Positions 27,264 through 37,978 are shown, counted from the stretch's first letter. The stretch: DNA of 56,034 nucleotides from a virus (IMGVR_UViG_3300038379_000522:1-56034); one strand, 5' to 3'. Numbers and translations are program-made. The notes: generated by a model not told the origin, from the letters alone.

Positions 27264-28550
27264 CTAGCCCTCCCGTATAGCAAGATAAGCGTAGTTATCT
27301 GTTCTATTACAATTTTGAAACACCCTGTATGCTACCCCATTTTCAATGATTCTATCTTCAGACGTTATAGCCCCAAAACCCGACACCCAGTAAACATCAG
27401 AAAGCCCAACTAAAACACCAGACACTGGTGATGAAAACACAATAAATGTAGGAAACAATACGTAGGAGTCCACAGTGTTAGGCGTAGGATGCAAAGACGA
27501 AGTTTCACCACCAGAGATCACACCCTCCGGTATGATCTCTAAAAATGAACCAACAGAGCTAGACATGAACTTATCTTCATTAGGTGTAGTTCCAGACGTA
27601 GTTCCTACTGGTCTTCCAGCCGGCAATACACAACGATCTCCGTTAAACGTTCTAGAACCCGTTGAAATAATACTATTTTTTATATCGTACCAAGTGCCAT
27701 CAACAGTGCGAAGTACCATTGGGCCTCTAGCATTCCCATTTGTATCATTTGATCTAAATGGATCTGTCAAACCAGACATTAACTCCGATTGACCACTACG
27801 ACTAGAGAATAGTGATGTAGTACCTGAGACCAAAATCGGGTAAGGATACTCAGTCTCTGTCGCAAACCTATCACCCCACCCAAGATACATATTAAAATAA
27901 GAACTGCCAACCCTAGCAACTGCAATAATTCTATAAGGAGTTACGGACAGCCACCATGCTATGGAAGAATTCGACAACGTAATATAAGGGCCAGCCTTGT
28001 CAGAAGGCAACCCAGCATCCCAAAGTCCAGGTGACAGACCCGGCTGGTCGGCGAATGAATTAAGCGCCGTATATCCCGTCATCCCATGCAATTCTAAATT
28101 ATAATAGTCACCTGGAACGGAAGAAAACGTGCGCCACCCCACAAAAATCTCATCGCCACCATCGCCAGATCCAAGGAGGATGACTTCTCTTTCACTACCT
28201 GAATAAGTAGTGTCCCTTTGCGTTATCCAACCATTTGTAGCAAAGGTGCAATTTAACGTGCATCCAGATCCAGCACCGGTGGTAGATACCGGATCACCTG
28301 GAGCAGCTGAATATACACCAGCATTTGTGATACGAACAGCCGTCACTGCTCCTGCGGACACGGCTGTAACTTCTACTGTGGCCGCAATTGTAGATGTCCC
28401 ACCACTAAGCGTTAATAAATTGCCAACAGAATAGCCGGTACCACCAGCCGCCACACTATCCACAGATTGCAGGGATGTCCCAGTAACCGCCGCAACTATA
28501 TCATTTGAAAAATCAATGTGGCCATTCGAGGAACCAATAATAAAGCTCAT
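27264..28550 (-). CDS. Virion structural (tail) protein with AGGTGY insert domain
   Basis: Follows the TMP; EYPYP, YRVFQN motifs. Confidence 0.7.
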   Translation of the reverse strand: MSFIIGSSNGHIDFSNDIVAAVTGTSLQSVDSVAAGGTGYSVGNLLTLSGGTSTIAATVEVTAVSAGAVTAVRITNAGVYSAAPGDPVSTTGAGSGCTLNCTFATNGWITQRDTTYSGSEREVILLGSGDGGDEIFVGWRTFSSVPGDYYNLELHGMTGYTALNSFADQPGLSPGLWDAGLPSDKAGPYITLSNSSIAWWLSVTPYRIIAVARVGSSYFNMYLGWGDRFATETEYPYPILVSGTTSLFSSRSGQSELMSGLTDPFRSNDTNGNARGPMVLRTVDGTWYDIKNSIISTGSRTFNGDRCVLPAGRPVGTTSGTTPNEDKFMSSSVGSFLEIIPEGVISGGETSSLHPTPNTVDSYVLFPTFIVFSSPVSGVLVGLSDVYWVSGFGAITSEDRIIENGVAYRVFQNCNRTDNYAYLAIREG

Positions 28551-30754
28551 GCTATGGCCTGCCTAACTATGCCACGATTGCGCGAAATAATATTAAGAAT
28601 GACCTTCTCACCTTCACCGCTTGACATGGCCTCTCTTATCTCAGATGGATCTAAAATATTAACAATGGTTATGCCACCGCTAGGGGCAACTTGACCAGGA
28701 GGAGTAACTGTAACTTGTTCACCCGGTGTAGCTCTAAAAGCGACCGTTTGACTGTCAGAGCCGCCTGAACCACCAACCTGGAAAGAACCGCCGTGCTGAA
28801 ACCCTCTAGGTTTAGGAAGACCAAGACCCTGAAAAAACAAAGAAAACAGGGCCTGTTGGGCAGCGATACGCGCCAAGTCCTGCAGGAAACTAGTCAAAAA
28901 ATCTCGCCAAGTTGACCTAAAATTGCCTAAAGCCTCTGTCGCATTACTGAAAAGACTGCTAATAGCTGTATCACGTAACGTAGTAAATACAGTCGCTGTC
29001 TCAAACTCTGAAGTTAGTGATTTGAAAGACTTGTTATATTCATCTATATTTATCTTACCATCCAAATATAACTGATTAAGAGCATCGAGTTGTATTCTAA
29101 GATTCTCTTGTGGCCCTTTTATTTCCTCTAGTAAATCAGCCTGTACCTGTAAACTCTGATTTTCCTGTAATTGAGTAAGGACTAATCGTCTTTGTTCGTC
29201 TGTTAAACTTCTCTTAAGTTTCTCTTCAAAGGCAAGAAGTCCGCCCTGAATTTCACGCTCTATATTGTTTAGCTTAAGGAGTTCACCTTCCATCTTAAGC
29301 TCATTAAACAACTTTGAAAAACTAACTTTCTCTTTTTTAGGTTCAGCTGCTCTGGGTGTCGGTGCTCCAGCCTGTGTTAAATCAACTATTTTAAATGCAT
29401 CTCGCAGATTTCTAGCTGCTCTTTCGCCAACAGAATCTGTAACTTTATCAATTACACCGTCCAGAAAACTTGTCAAATCATTTTGGTTCCAAGCATCTAA
29501 AAACACATCTCGAGCAACTATCCCAAGCTCTCTTGCATCACCAACAAATTTATTCTCTACACGACCAAATGACACATCCTCTAATAGATCTTGACCAAAA
29601 GCTTCTCTTATTTTATTAATACCACCAATAATCTTATTAATGGCACTTTCAACGATACCTACTACTCCATTGAATGCCTGCAAAAAAATATCAGCTAAAG
29701 CTCCAGGAATCTTTTTAAATGTGAAAATAATAACGCCGACAATACCTGTCATGAAGCCATAGACCTTATCAAAATAAATTGCTATGTTCCTGACAAGATT
29801 TAAGATTAAAAGACCAAGATTTTTAAAAGCTGACCCGAGACTACCAACAACGTCACTGCCTAACACACCTGTAGCTCTAGCGAAAGATTCCAAACCCTCT
29901 CTTACTTGACTAAATACAGCCTTAGCCACATCACCCACAAAGTTAAGGACATCAAGTAATCTATGTACATTATCAGCAATAAATAGGATAGCATCTGAAA
30001 AGGCAGATGAAGCTCCAGAGCCGGTTGTGAATTCACCAACCAACTTGACTACATTATTTCTAAGTACCGTAAACGCTTGACTTATGGTAGGCACCGTCTC
30101 TGCAAATCTCTCGGCCAATTCTTCTCTGGAGTTTGAAAATGCAGCAAAAATATCTGTAGCCGTAATCTTACCTTGTTCACCCATCTTACGAAGTTCACCA
30201 CGTGTAACACCTAATTGCTTTGCAATAACATCGGCCACAACAGAAGTTTGTTCAAGAACTGAATTCAGCTCTTCACCACGAAGAGCACCAGCAGAAATAC
30301 CTTGCGAAAACTGTATAAGAGCTGCTCTTGCCTCTTGAGAACTAGCACCACTAAGAATAACAGCCTGATTGATAGATTCTACCGTATCAAGTATCTGTTG
30401 TTGTGATACACCAAGATTTTTAGATGACCCTGCTAGTCTAGCGTATACTTCGGCTGTACCTTCAAATGAACTTCTAGTAGAGTTTGATATCTCAAAAAGT
30501 CTCTTTGTAACAGCCGCTAGTTCTTCATTGCTCTTTGTGACTGTTCGTATTCTATTTTGAATATTGGTAAACGTATCAGATAATGATGTAAGCTCTTTTA
30601 GAAGGATCGCACCACCAATTGCACCTAGTGATTTCTTTAAAATGTTGACGGCCGAATCAGTAGAGCGGGATGTCTTACCGATCTCATCAATGTTACGCTT
30701 TACTACAAGAGCACCCTTTTCACTAATCTCTACAATAAGTCTTTCTGTAGTCAT
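28547..30754 (-). CDS. Tape measure protein
   Basis: QFSQGISAGALRGEELNSVLEQ tape-measure domain; GGSFQVGGSGGSDSQ C-terminus. Confidence 0.92.
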   Translation of the reverse strand: MTTERLIVEISEKGALVVKRNIDEIGKTSRSTDSAVNILKKSLGAIGGAILLKELTSLSDTFTNIQNRIRTVTKSNEELAAVTKRLFEISNSTRSSFEGTAEVYARLAGSSKNLGVSQQQILDTVESINQAVILSGASSQEARAALIQFSQGISAGALRGEELNSVLEQTSVVADVIAKQLGVTRGELRKMGEQGKITATDIFAAFSNSREELAERFAETVPTISQAFTVLRNNVVKLVGEFTTGSGASSAFSDAILFIADNVHRLLDVLNFVGDVAKAVFSQVREGLESFARATGVLGSDVVGSLGSAFKNLGLLILNLVRNIAIYFDKVYGFMTGIVGVIIFTFKKIPGALADIFLQAFNGVVGIVESAINKIIGGINKIREAFGQDLLEDVSFGRVENKFVGDARELGIVARDVFLDAWNQNDLTSFLDGVIDKVTDSVGERAARNLRDAFKIVDLTQAGAPTPRAAEPKKEKVSFSKLFNELKMEGELLKLNNIEREIQGGLLAFEEKLKRSLTDEQRRLVLTQLQENQSLQVQADLLEEIKGPQENLRIQLDALNQLYLDGKINIDEYNKSFKSLTSEFETATVFTTLRDTAISSLFSNATEALGNFRSTWRDFLTSFLQDLARIAAQQALFSLFFQGLGLPKPRGFQHGGSFQVGGSGGSDSQTVAFRATPGEQVTVTPPGQVAPSGGITIVNILDPSEIREAMSSGEGEKVILNIISRNRGIVRQAIA

Positions 30755-31170
30755 GGCCCCAACAACTTTGCAGCTTGTAACTGCGCTCGAGCAGCTGTTA
30801 TGGCTCCAGTTGTCATACCATTAGGAGCTTGTGCGGAATATCCTTCATCGAGCCTCTGAATATATGGCAAAGAGTTGGCATAATAAATAGGCCCAAGAAG
30901 CCTGGTCCATCCTGCTACTACAGCATGGGCTTTGGCCATGGTTTCATTACCTGATTTATCCGTAGATTGGAGCTCTGCAAGAATGGGCTTGCCAACAGAA
31001 GGAATCCAATTAGCTCTAGCTCTGCCTGTGTCCACCGGGGTTGATAAAACTAGTACTTCATCAGCAGCTATGGCGGCACGTCTTACGGCCTTTTCGGCAT
31101 TATCGGCTACTTCTTTGGCACGAAAGCTAATCCGCTTGGCGAACTGTGCGAACCCTTTACTTGTTGCCAT
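30751..31170 (-). CDS. HK97 gp10-like tail completion protein
   Basis: TPVDTGRARANW, NSLPYIQRLDEGYSAQAPNG. Confidence 0.85.
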   Translation of the reverse strand: MATSKGFAQFAKRISFRAKEVADNAEKAVRRAAIAADEVLVLSTPVDTGRARANWIPSVGKPILAELQSTDKSGNETMAKAHAVVAGWTRLLGPIYYANSLPYIQRLDEGYSAQAPNGMTTGAITAARAQLQAAKLLGP

Positions 31171-31466
31171 CTCTTTTGTTTCTCTGCCTGTCTATCTAAG
31201 AAGACGTTATCTAAGGCCCTAACAAGGTAAAGCGCTAAATCCACCTGCTCATCATCGAATCCAAATCGATCAGCATATTCGATGACAGCAGCATAAGGTA
31301 TTGGGCCGCCTTCATATAGCCTGCAGGTATGAAGTTCGAGAAAAGCCTCAAAATAAAGCTCCAATCCTAAATCTATATCTGGGGCATCTGCTATTTTTTT
31401 AGGTATTGGCCTTCGTTCCTTTACTGCTATTTGGATAATTTTTTGGGCTATTGGTGCCTGATCCAT
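31107..31466 (-). CDS. Tail assembly chaperone, frameshift (GT-like) extension
   Basis: In the -1 frame of the upstream chaperone; AFLELHTCR...GPIP. Confidence 0.75.
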   Translation of the reverse strand: MDQAPIAQKIIQIAVKERRPIPKKIADAPDIDLGLELYFEAFLELHTCRLYEGGPIPYAAVIEYADRFGFDDEQVDLALYLVRALDNVFLDRQAEKQKRWQQVKGSHSSPSGLAFVPKK

Positions 31467-31483
31467 CCAATAAATCAGGCACT

Positions 31484-31921
31484 CTACGAGTTTCCCTTGG
31501 CGACCTCCCTAAGAGAAGCTCTATACAAAGCTCCAGATTCTGCCTGTTCACGCAAAGCGTTAAACAAATCTGGCAAAGACTTCAAAGTATCAAGTACTAC
31601 ATCTTTATTAAATGGCAACATCTCCCCATTACGACCTTCAATACCACGACACCACTCACCATTAACTCTAGTTTCCCAATCCAAAATAAGCGTCTCTGCG
31701 TACACCTCCATAAGCACGGCTCTAAGCTGTTCCTCTGTCGCCAAATCGGCTCTGATGATTTGGCGCATAGGACGAGTTTTGGACTCCAAAGCCTTCGTGT
31801 ATGCAAAGTTAGTGCCACCAGCCCTAGCTAAAGTTACCCTAAACGTACCATAGTCAATAATCACACCCTCCTTTTCACTCTTAGAGTCAGTGGCAAATGT
31901 ATCATACATGCCCATAAACAT
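31484..31921 (-). CDS. Tail assembly chaperone
   Basis: Between the major tail gene and TMP; ARAGGTN, LPDLF. Confidence 0.85.
   Translation of the reverse strand: MFMGMYDTFATDSKSEKEGVIIDYGTFRVTLARAGGTNFAYTKALESKTRPMRQIIRADLATEEQLRAVLMEVYAETLILDWETRVNGEWCRGIEGRNGEMLPFNKDVVLDTLKSLPDLFNALREQAESGALYRASLREVAKGNS
31490..31496 (-). other. Programmed -1 ribosomal frameshift site GGGAAAC
   Basis: XXXYYYZ just before the chaperone stop; the -1 frame reads KLVECLIYW into MDQAP of 31107..31466. Confidence 0.8.
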
Positions 31922-31934
31922 CCGCTCCTTTTTG

Positions 31935-33788
31935 TTATGCAGCCGAATCAGCGAGTTCAGGCAAATAATCGAAAAAATCCATCAAAAACGTATAATCAAG
32001 TGCCGGATCAATTTTAGCCGCAGTAGCTGCATCCATAGACAATGGAAGTGTGATGGGTTGATCTTGTTCAATGTTAGCTCTACCATTCCCAAGAGCAACT
32101 AGCGGCAAATCAAAAGAGATACCAGAATTAGAGGAGAATAAATGAAAATCAAGCGTGACATCTTCATTTTCCTGCACTGCCTGGATAGCTGACACTTCAG
32201 AAAAATAAGCCGTGAGTTCACCACTAACAGCAAACGTCCCAGCAGTGACTTCAAATGCCCCCAACGTACCAACAGCCTTATTAGGAGTAAGGTTATTGTT
32301 AATAGTAATCGTTAGATCCGTCAAAAATGCGAACAAGGCCACAGGATCAGGTACTCCTGCAGTGACTAATGCCATTTTAATCCTGGTGAAATCGCTGGAA
32401 GTATTATAAGCAGCCATTTCAGACAAAGACGGTCTATCACCAGCCTTAAGGCCATCCGCTACAGAATTTTGCGTATGACTTGCTGCCACACCAGCGATAG
32501 ACGTAGTTAGCTTATTAGCCGTGGCCACATTGAAGCTAACTTCTCCAACAACAAATGATTCCAAATACTCAGCCTGATTGGACGATGGTAGCGTCGTATC
32601 AGGAGCGCCCAGCGTACGCTCAAGTTCGTATGAAGTTCTAACAATGTTAGAACCCAACTCATTCTTCAGCACACGGCCAAAATAAATGTGGATAGTCTCT
32701 GTAGTAGAAGCCTCAGTAACCATCGTACCGGTGGTTTTATCTAGAGTCAAACTATTTGCAGCAATAGTGCGCACCCTAGCATACCCATTATTGGAAACAT
32801 TGGTAAAAAACGTTCCAGCCGTGTCACCCCCAACAAAAATCCATTCACCAGGAGTAAGCCCAAGAGTGGTAAAATCGAGTGAAGTTGACGTAAGCCGAGG
32901 ATAAGTACCTGAAGCGTCTACATCAATATCACCAGCCGCACCCACAACACCAACGGTCGTAATCTTCGCAGCGGAAGTAGGAGTCTCATTCACAAGATTT
33001 TCTGCCACTACCAGCGTAGTAGACGTCAATGACGTTACATGTTTAAGGCCATTGTTGGCAGTATTTGTAAACCCAGATGCAAAAATAAGCGATTCATCGA
33101 CAAATGTTATGACTGCTGCATAGGTCATATTAAACGTCGCACCGGTACCACCACCTGACGTAGAGCCTTGAGCAACAGGATCAGCGGGTGCAACAGAATA
33201 TCGACCAGGATTAACAATAATAGCTGCCGTGACCGCACCAGTAGATACTGTAGTAACCTCAAGTACAGTAGCCGTAGCAAATGTGCCACCCGCAAGAGTA
33301 ATCGTATCACCAACAGTGTACCCGGAACCACCAGCTGCTACAGTATCTACTGACGTAGCCCCAAGATTAGCAAGTGTATATGTGTCCAATGACGTAACAA
33401 CACTTGTAATGGGGATAGCAGCTTGAGAATTCAAGATACCGCGTTTAAAAGTTTCAGGCTTCCTACGCAATTTAGCAAAAAACAAACCTTGCAAGATGTC
33501 CTGTAGATTTGATTGAGTGAGATCAGAATCAAATCCACCAGAGGCATCAAGATCAGTAGTAACACCCTTTTTACGCTGGCGAGAAGGATTAATTGGATTT
33601 CGTGCAATTGTAGTGATCTGGCCGCCAAAATCAGTGTAACTATTAGGCTCTAGTGGTTCCCATGATACTACGGAATAGGCGTTTACCCCATTAGCACCCA
33701 AACCTGTCGGGCGCAAAATCTTGTAACTAGACTCCTCCGCGTACCGCAAACCAGTTTGATTTGAATCAATCTTGGTCAGAATAGCCAT
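31935..33788 (-). CDS. Major tail tube protein with inserted accessory domain
   Basis: IDSNQTGLRYAEE, LEPNSYTDFGG, RQRKKGVTTDLDASGG. Confidence 0.88.
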   Translation of the reverse strand: MAILTKIDSNQTGLRYAEESSYKILRPTGLGANGVNAYSVVSWEPLEPNSYTDFGGQITTIARNPINPSRQRKKGVTTDLDASGGFDSDLTQSNLQDILQGLFFAKLRRKPETFKRGILNSQAAIPITSVVTSLDTYTLANLGATSVDTVAAGGSGYTVGDTITLAGGTFATATVLEVTTVSTGAVTAAIIVNPGRYSVAPADPVAQGSTSGGGTGATFNMTYAAVITFVDESLIFASGFTNTANNGLKHVTSLTSTTLVVAENLVNETPTSAAKITTVGVVGAAGDIDVDASGTYPRLTSTSLDFTTLGLTPGEWIFVGGDTAGTFFTNVSNNGYARVRTIAANSLTLDKTTGTMVTEASTTETIHIYFGRVLKNELGSNIVRTSYELERTLGAPDTTLPSSNQAEYLESFVVGEVSFNVATANKLTTSIAGVAASHTQNSVADGLKAGDRPSLSEMAAYNTSSDFTRIKMALVTAGVPDPVALFAFLTDLTITINNNLTPNKAVGTLGAFEVTAGTFAVSGELTAYFSEVSAIQAVQENEDVTLDFHLFSSNSGISFDLPLVALGNGRANIEQDQPITLPLSMDAATAAKIDPALDYTFLMDFFDYLPELADSAA

Positions 33789-33791
33789 TGC

Positions 33792-34223
33792 TTATTTCAC
33801 CTCGTCATATTCGAAATCCGCCAGGATATTAACATGGTACTTGTTGCCTTCCTGGCCAACTTCGATTAATCTTGCATTCCGGAAGATCACCTGACCCGGA
33901 GCAGTAGTTACACCCTCAAACGCGTTCTTGGCTATAGTACTAAGTGTAGTAGATAACACCCGACCGCCACCGGTCGGCGTGTAAACTTCCACCGTCACGG
34001 TGCCTACACGTCTATATCTTCTAGTTCCGGAATCACTCGACAAAGTAGCTTGAAAAGAGCTGCTATGAGAAATAGTAATACGTGCCCAAGCCCCAGACAC
34101 TGGAGGCTCATCAGAAACATCTGAGTATAACACAGGCACATTTTGACTGCTAGAATCTGCATCCCAGGCAGTTTTAAATATGCCGTGAATTTCATCTATT
34201 GCCTGCGCGATTGTAGCCGTCAT
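33792..34223 (-). CDS. Tail terminator protein
   Basis: Synteny; RRVGTVTVEVYTP, FEYDEVK. Confidence 0.75.
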   Translation of the reverse strand: MTATIAQAIDEIHGIFKTAWDADSSSQNVPVLYSDVSDEPPVSGAWARITISHSSSFQATLSSDSGTRRYRRVGTVTVEVYTPTGGGRVLSTTLSTIAKNAFEGVTTAPGQVIFRNARLIEVGQEGNKYHVNILADFEYDEVK

Positions 34224-34609
34224 AGCTTCTCAACTACAAATAAATACAAAAGTCTTGTATTGCCAGGTGATAACAATTCAGTTTTAGTGATTTTCCAATT
34301 AACTAGCCCATCTATAATTAAATCAAAGTATTCTAAACTCGAGCCACCATCGTTGGCTGCAGCAAACAAAGCCACCTGATCAGAGCTTTTGACGTTATCA
34401 GAATTACCTACAGCCGTTGCCAAGCTGCCTGTAGCCACAAATGCAGCTTTTCCTGTCACAGATCCTCGTACTGTAGCACTCTGCGCGCCCCAAGGTTTCC
34501 CTGCGTCCGTTGGTGTATTTCCTTGATGCACAACAGTGACTTCCCTACCAAATTCTTCAATTAGTTCCTTGGCTACTGCCCTGACCTCTGAATAATCAAA
34601 ATCAGCCAC
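34220..34609 (-). CDS. Head closure / head-tail joining protein
   Basis: Synteny; LIEEFGR. Confidence 0.7.
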   Translation of the reverse strand: MADFDYSEVRAVAKELIEEFGREVTVVHQGNTPTDAGKPWGAQSATVRGSVTGKAAFVATGSLATAVGNSDNVKSSDQVALFAAANDGGSSLEYFDLIIDGLVNWKITKTELLSPGNTRLLYLFVVEKL

Positions 34610-35207
34610 GTCTTAACTCTCTCGAGCTTGTAGGCTTTATAATAGCCTGCATCCAAGCATCCGCCTGCGGATATTCAGGAATACTTTGTGTCAGTGACAA
34701 GCCCGAACTCACGACGGGCCTTCCTTCATTAGGCTTACCGGAGTAAGATTTCTTAATGGAAATAGGCCCAACCGTTTTCTCATCACCGGTCAATGTTCCA
34801 CCGGCTGGTGGTGTAGTCGTACCTGCATCTGGATCTAAGATGGGGAATACTAAACCAGGAATGGGAGCAAGATTACGCCCAATCTGTAGTGAAATAAGAG
34901 TATACTCAGCCACAGCTTTTTGTAATTGTAGTGGGATATCAGGCAAAGCATAATCATCATCATCATAAGCATCTACACGCGGCCACTCAAGAGATTGACT
35001 ACGGCTCCTTTTGAATCCCACATACTTAAGACCAAATCTCTTATCCACATAGTCAGTTGCTCTTATGATATGCTGTTCTATTTCAGCATTCTCATAGTCA
35101 CCAATTTCTATTTCACCTCTGTCTATGTGATGGGTATTAAAATAATCAACATCAATATAGGCATTGGCATTTGATAATCCCGCTCCAGTTTCCAATACGA
35201 ATGCCAT
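34602..35207 (-). CDS. Head-tail adaptor (DnaT-like phage family)
   Basis: ETGAGLSNANAY, RATDYVD, QSLEWPR. Confidence 0.8.
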   Translation of the reverse strand: MAFVLETGAGLSNANAYIDVDYFNTHHIDRGEIEIGDYENAEIEQHIIRATDYVDKRFGLKYVGFKRSRSQSLEWPRVDAYDDDDYALPDIPLQLQKAVAEYTLISLQIGRNLAPIPGLVFPILDPDAGTTTPPAGGTLTGDEKTVGPISIKKSYSGKPNEGRPVVSSGLSLTQSIPEYPQADAWMQAIIKPTSSRELRRG

Positions 35208-35374
35208 TACTTGCCTCTTGTCTTGTCCTTGTGCGTTTTATTGCGCATCCTAACAGAAGCTTCAGCTTCGGCTTTAGACGTTGAAGACCCAACTACCTTT
35301 TCACTACCGTCTGAATGTACTTTTACAATCTTCCAGGGTCTCAGTCCACCCTTATTTACAATTTTAAATGGCAT
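35207..35374 (-). CDS. Small basic protein (55 aa, below the ORF-track cutoff)
   Basis: Manual translation MPFKIVNKGGLRPWKIVK...KTRGK; start and stop overlap both neighbours (TAATG). Confidence 0.7.
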   Translation of the reverse strand: MPFKIVNKGGLRPWKIVKVHSDGSEKVVGSSTSKAEAEASVRMRNKTHKDKTRGK

Positions 35375-35778
35375 TAACTGTTTACCACATTTTTAAGAAT
35401 AGTAAACGTACCTACGGCGAGTACCGTTCTCTCCGATAAAGTATCTGTAGCCTCAAGCTCCCAATAATATATGCCTGGCTTTATCTCATTGGGATTGCCA
35501 GGCGCAGTATCAGCTGTTGATATTGTGACCCTACAAAGTCCATCCGTGCCTGGAGGATTTGTAATAACAATCCCAGCGCCTTCCGTTTTCTCCAGCTTTG
35601 GTGTAGTCTTGTACATAATAGGATCTAGATCATCAGCCTTAGACAGCGCCCATTTAAGAGTTAAATTTGTAAGATCAAGCGCTGCACCACCATTATCATT
35701 ATCCGTTAAGGTAAACGACAAAATCTGAATATTGCCTTCATAAAACTCTATGGTGTCATTAATTATGCTCACAGCCAC
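35374..35778 (-). CDS. BppU-like virion protein
   Basis: LDLTNLT, ISTADT, GIYYWELE, GTFTI. Confidence 0.65.
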   Translation of the reverse strand: MAVSIINDTIEFYEGNIQILSFTLTDNDNGGAALDLTNLTLKWALSKADDLDPIMYKTTPKLEKTEGAGIVITNPPGTDGLCRVTISTADTAPGNPNEIKPGIYYWELEATDTLSERTVLAVGTFTILKNVVNS

Positions 35779-37546
35779 TATCTCCCATTACGGCATGAAC
35801 TCTTACTTGATCACCTAGGACACCATGAGTTATAGCACTATTGCCAAGTAGATCATGTACTGTAGTCTTAGATCCCAAAACAGGACAAGTTAAACCAAGT
35901 GTAGGCATGATAAAATCTTGAGCCAAAATAGAAATCATAGCCGCATTCAATTCAACTACCGCCGTACCAGAACTAATTACAGTAGCTTGTGGATTAATGG
36001 TAATGCCAGCTGAGTGAAGATGCAAAACTTTGTTCAGTGTCTGTGGGTCAAGTAGCAAGACGACTGATTGCATAGATATAGAAACAGCACCAGTACTTAC
36101 TAAAACATCTTGCGGGTTTAGGAACAAAGTAGCCGCATCTAATACTACAGCTGTACTACCTGGAATCACATCCAAATCTTGGGGATTAATGGCTATGGTA
36201 GCTGAATTCATAACCTGTGTAAATATAGCTACCACATCCAGATCTTGAGGATCAAGCGTTATTACAGCAGAATTCAAAGTTAATGTAAATACAGGTACTA
36301 CATCCAAATCTTGGGGATCAAGTGTCAACAAAGCTGAATTCATTGCAATAGTAGGAGGAAGAACATAAATAATTTCTAAATACGGCTGATCAGATGTTCG
36401 TTCAATGGACCAAATACGAGCATCTCCGGCGTCATAAGCGCTATGGTCATAGACCTCTAAATCATGAAGTTCAGATGTACCACCACGAATCCAAGATGGA
36501 TTTAATGGAAACTCATAAAACTCTTTAGAGGCAGGATCCTGTATCTCATCACTATCAATTTCGGTTGTTAATGCACCAGCGGCATCACGAACATCAAAAA
36601 GATCCGCACTATTTAATGGGTCTGTAAGTTTATTCCATGCTTGGTAAAATTTCCACACCGCATTACTTGGTCCATCACCACCCTGTGTATAGGGAGTTAA
36701 CGAAGCTCGCCAATGAAGAATTACATCAGTTACAATAGCATTAGCATCCAATAATGTAGTATCAAAACGATCATATGAATTATAGCGTTGAGCCGTTGGG
36801 AAAATGCGCCGGCCAACTTGTTTAAAGGTTCCTGTATTCGTAGCAGAAATAGGCGTAGATGGAAATGTAAAAGTAATATAACCATTTATGTCATTGTCTG
36901 TATAAATTGTGGTAGTAGGATCGATTTCCACCACACGGCCAACCATTCTCGCCAGATCAATACGAACCTTGGTACCTTGTCTATATGGGCGCCACTCCGG
37001 ATCTGCGGGCTTAAGAAGAGGGGTAGCAGCTATTCTAACAATTTCCACACCACGATAACTGACAATAGCAACTGGCACAGGCCAAGTTATAGGATTACCA
37101 TTTTCATCTCCACCTATAATCTCATCCTGAGTATCAGCACGTAGTGTAACATCACCGATTGTGGAGAAATCAAAGCCCAAACCCTGCAATCGGCCTAGGG
37201 TGTCAATAAAACTAGCGGAGTATTTGAGGCCATGTCTTTCATAATCGACACGGCTAACGGCTCCAGGAAACTGCGCGATTACGTCCCTTACGTACCTATC
37301 CTGGCCACCAAATCTAATGAAAGGTGAAATGCGCACACCATGTGCACCACGAGTGAAAATGATATCGACATCGTTTTCTAGAGTAGCATCAAATAAATCG
37401 CGAATAGAACCCCAAGATCCGTCGACTTGTCTAAATGGGCCTCTTGAGCCACCGGACCTTGTAAACGAAGTATACTTATACCGGCCATTTCCTAAAGAAA
37501 TGACTTCAGTAAATTCATCAAGTATCCCTGTTACATTGGTAGCCAT
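35759..37546 (-). CDS. Large virion-associated protein with about 20-aa C-terminal repeats
   Basis: Repeated (M/L)NSA.l.L(D/N)PQDLDV units. Confidence 0.7.
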   Translation of the reverse strand: MATNVTGILDEFTEVISLGNGRYKYTSFTRSGGSRGPFRQVDGSWGSIRDLFDATLENDVDIIFTRGAHGVRISPFIRFGGQDRYVRDVIAQFPGAVSRVDYERHGLKYSASFIDTLGRLQGLGFDFSTIGDVTLRADTQDEIIGGDENGNPITWPVPVAIVSYRGVEIVRIAATPLLKPADPEWRPYRQGTKVRIDLARMVGRVVEIDPTTTIYTDNDINGYITFTFPSTPISATNTGTFKQVGRRIFPTAQRYNSYDRFDTTLLDANAIVTDVILHWRASLTPYTQGGDGPSNAVWKFYQAWNKLTDPLNSADLFDVRDAAGALTTEIDSDEIQDPASKEFYEFPLNPSWIRGGTSELHDLEVYDHSAYDAGDARIWSIERTSDQPYLEIIYVLPPTIAMNSALLTLDPQDLDVVPVFTLTLNSAVITLDPQDLDVVAIFTQVMNSATIAINPQDLDVIPGSTAVVLDAATLFLNPQDVLVSTGAVSISMQSVVLLLDPQTLNKVLHLHSAGITINPQATVISSGTAVVELNAAMISILAQDFIMPTLGLTCPVLGSKTTVHDLLGNSAITHGVLGDQVRVHAVMGDSGCEHN

Positions 37547-37978
37547 CTATGCCACAAGTAAAATACCAGTAGCAGCCCACTGCAGCGTATAATCACCGCC
37601 ATTGGTCGGCGTAGTAACTTCCCAATAAACCATAAGCAAATCACTAACGGTGTCATTGTACAAAATTGCAGCAGCGGGGGTACCAGCATTAAGACCGGTC
37701 CACACCACATCAGCACCATCCCAAGAGGCCCTGTTGTTAATATCGTCTTGGGCAACGACCTGACTACCAATAGTTTTACCACCCGCTGTATAACCGGTTC
37801 CACTAAGCTCATTAGCCGAAACATCTGCGTATGATGGAGCAGCACCGTCAACGGTGGGTGTCCAACCGGAGTTTACTAAGATAATTTTAAATACATCACC
37901 ACCGCTAGCCAAATTCATTGTCTTTAGGAGCACATTCTCCTTAAAGTTGTTGAATACGTGGCCATCACCCTCTGCCAT
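37547..37978 (-). CDS. Virion structural protein
   Basis: ELSGTGYTAGG, DGADVVW, TNGGDYTLQW. Confidence 0.75.
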   Translation of the reverse strand: MAEGDGHVFNNFKENVLLKTMNLASGGDVFKIILVNSGWTPTVDGAAPSYADVSANELSGTGYTAGGKTIGSQVVAQDDINNRASWDGADVVWTGLNAGTPAAAILYNDTVSDLLMVYWEVTTPTNGGDYTLQWAATGILLVA

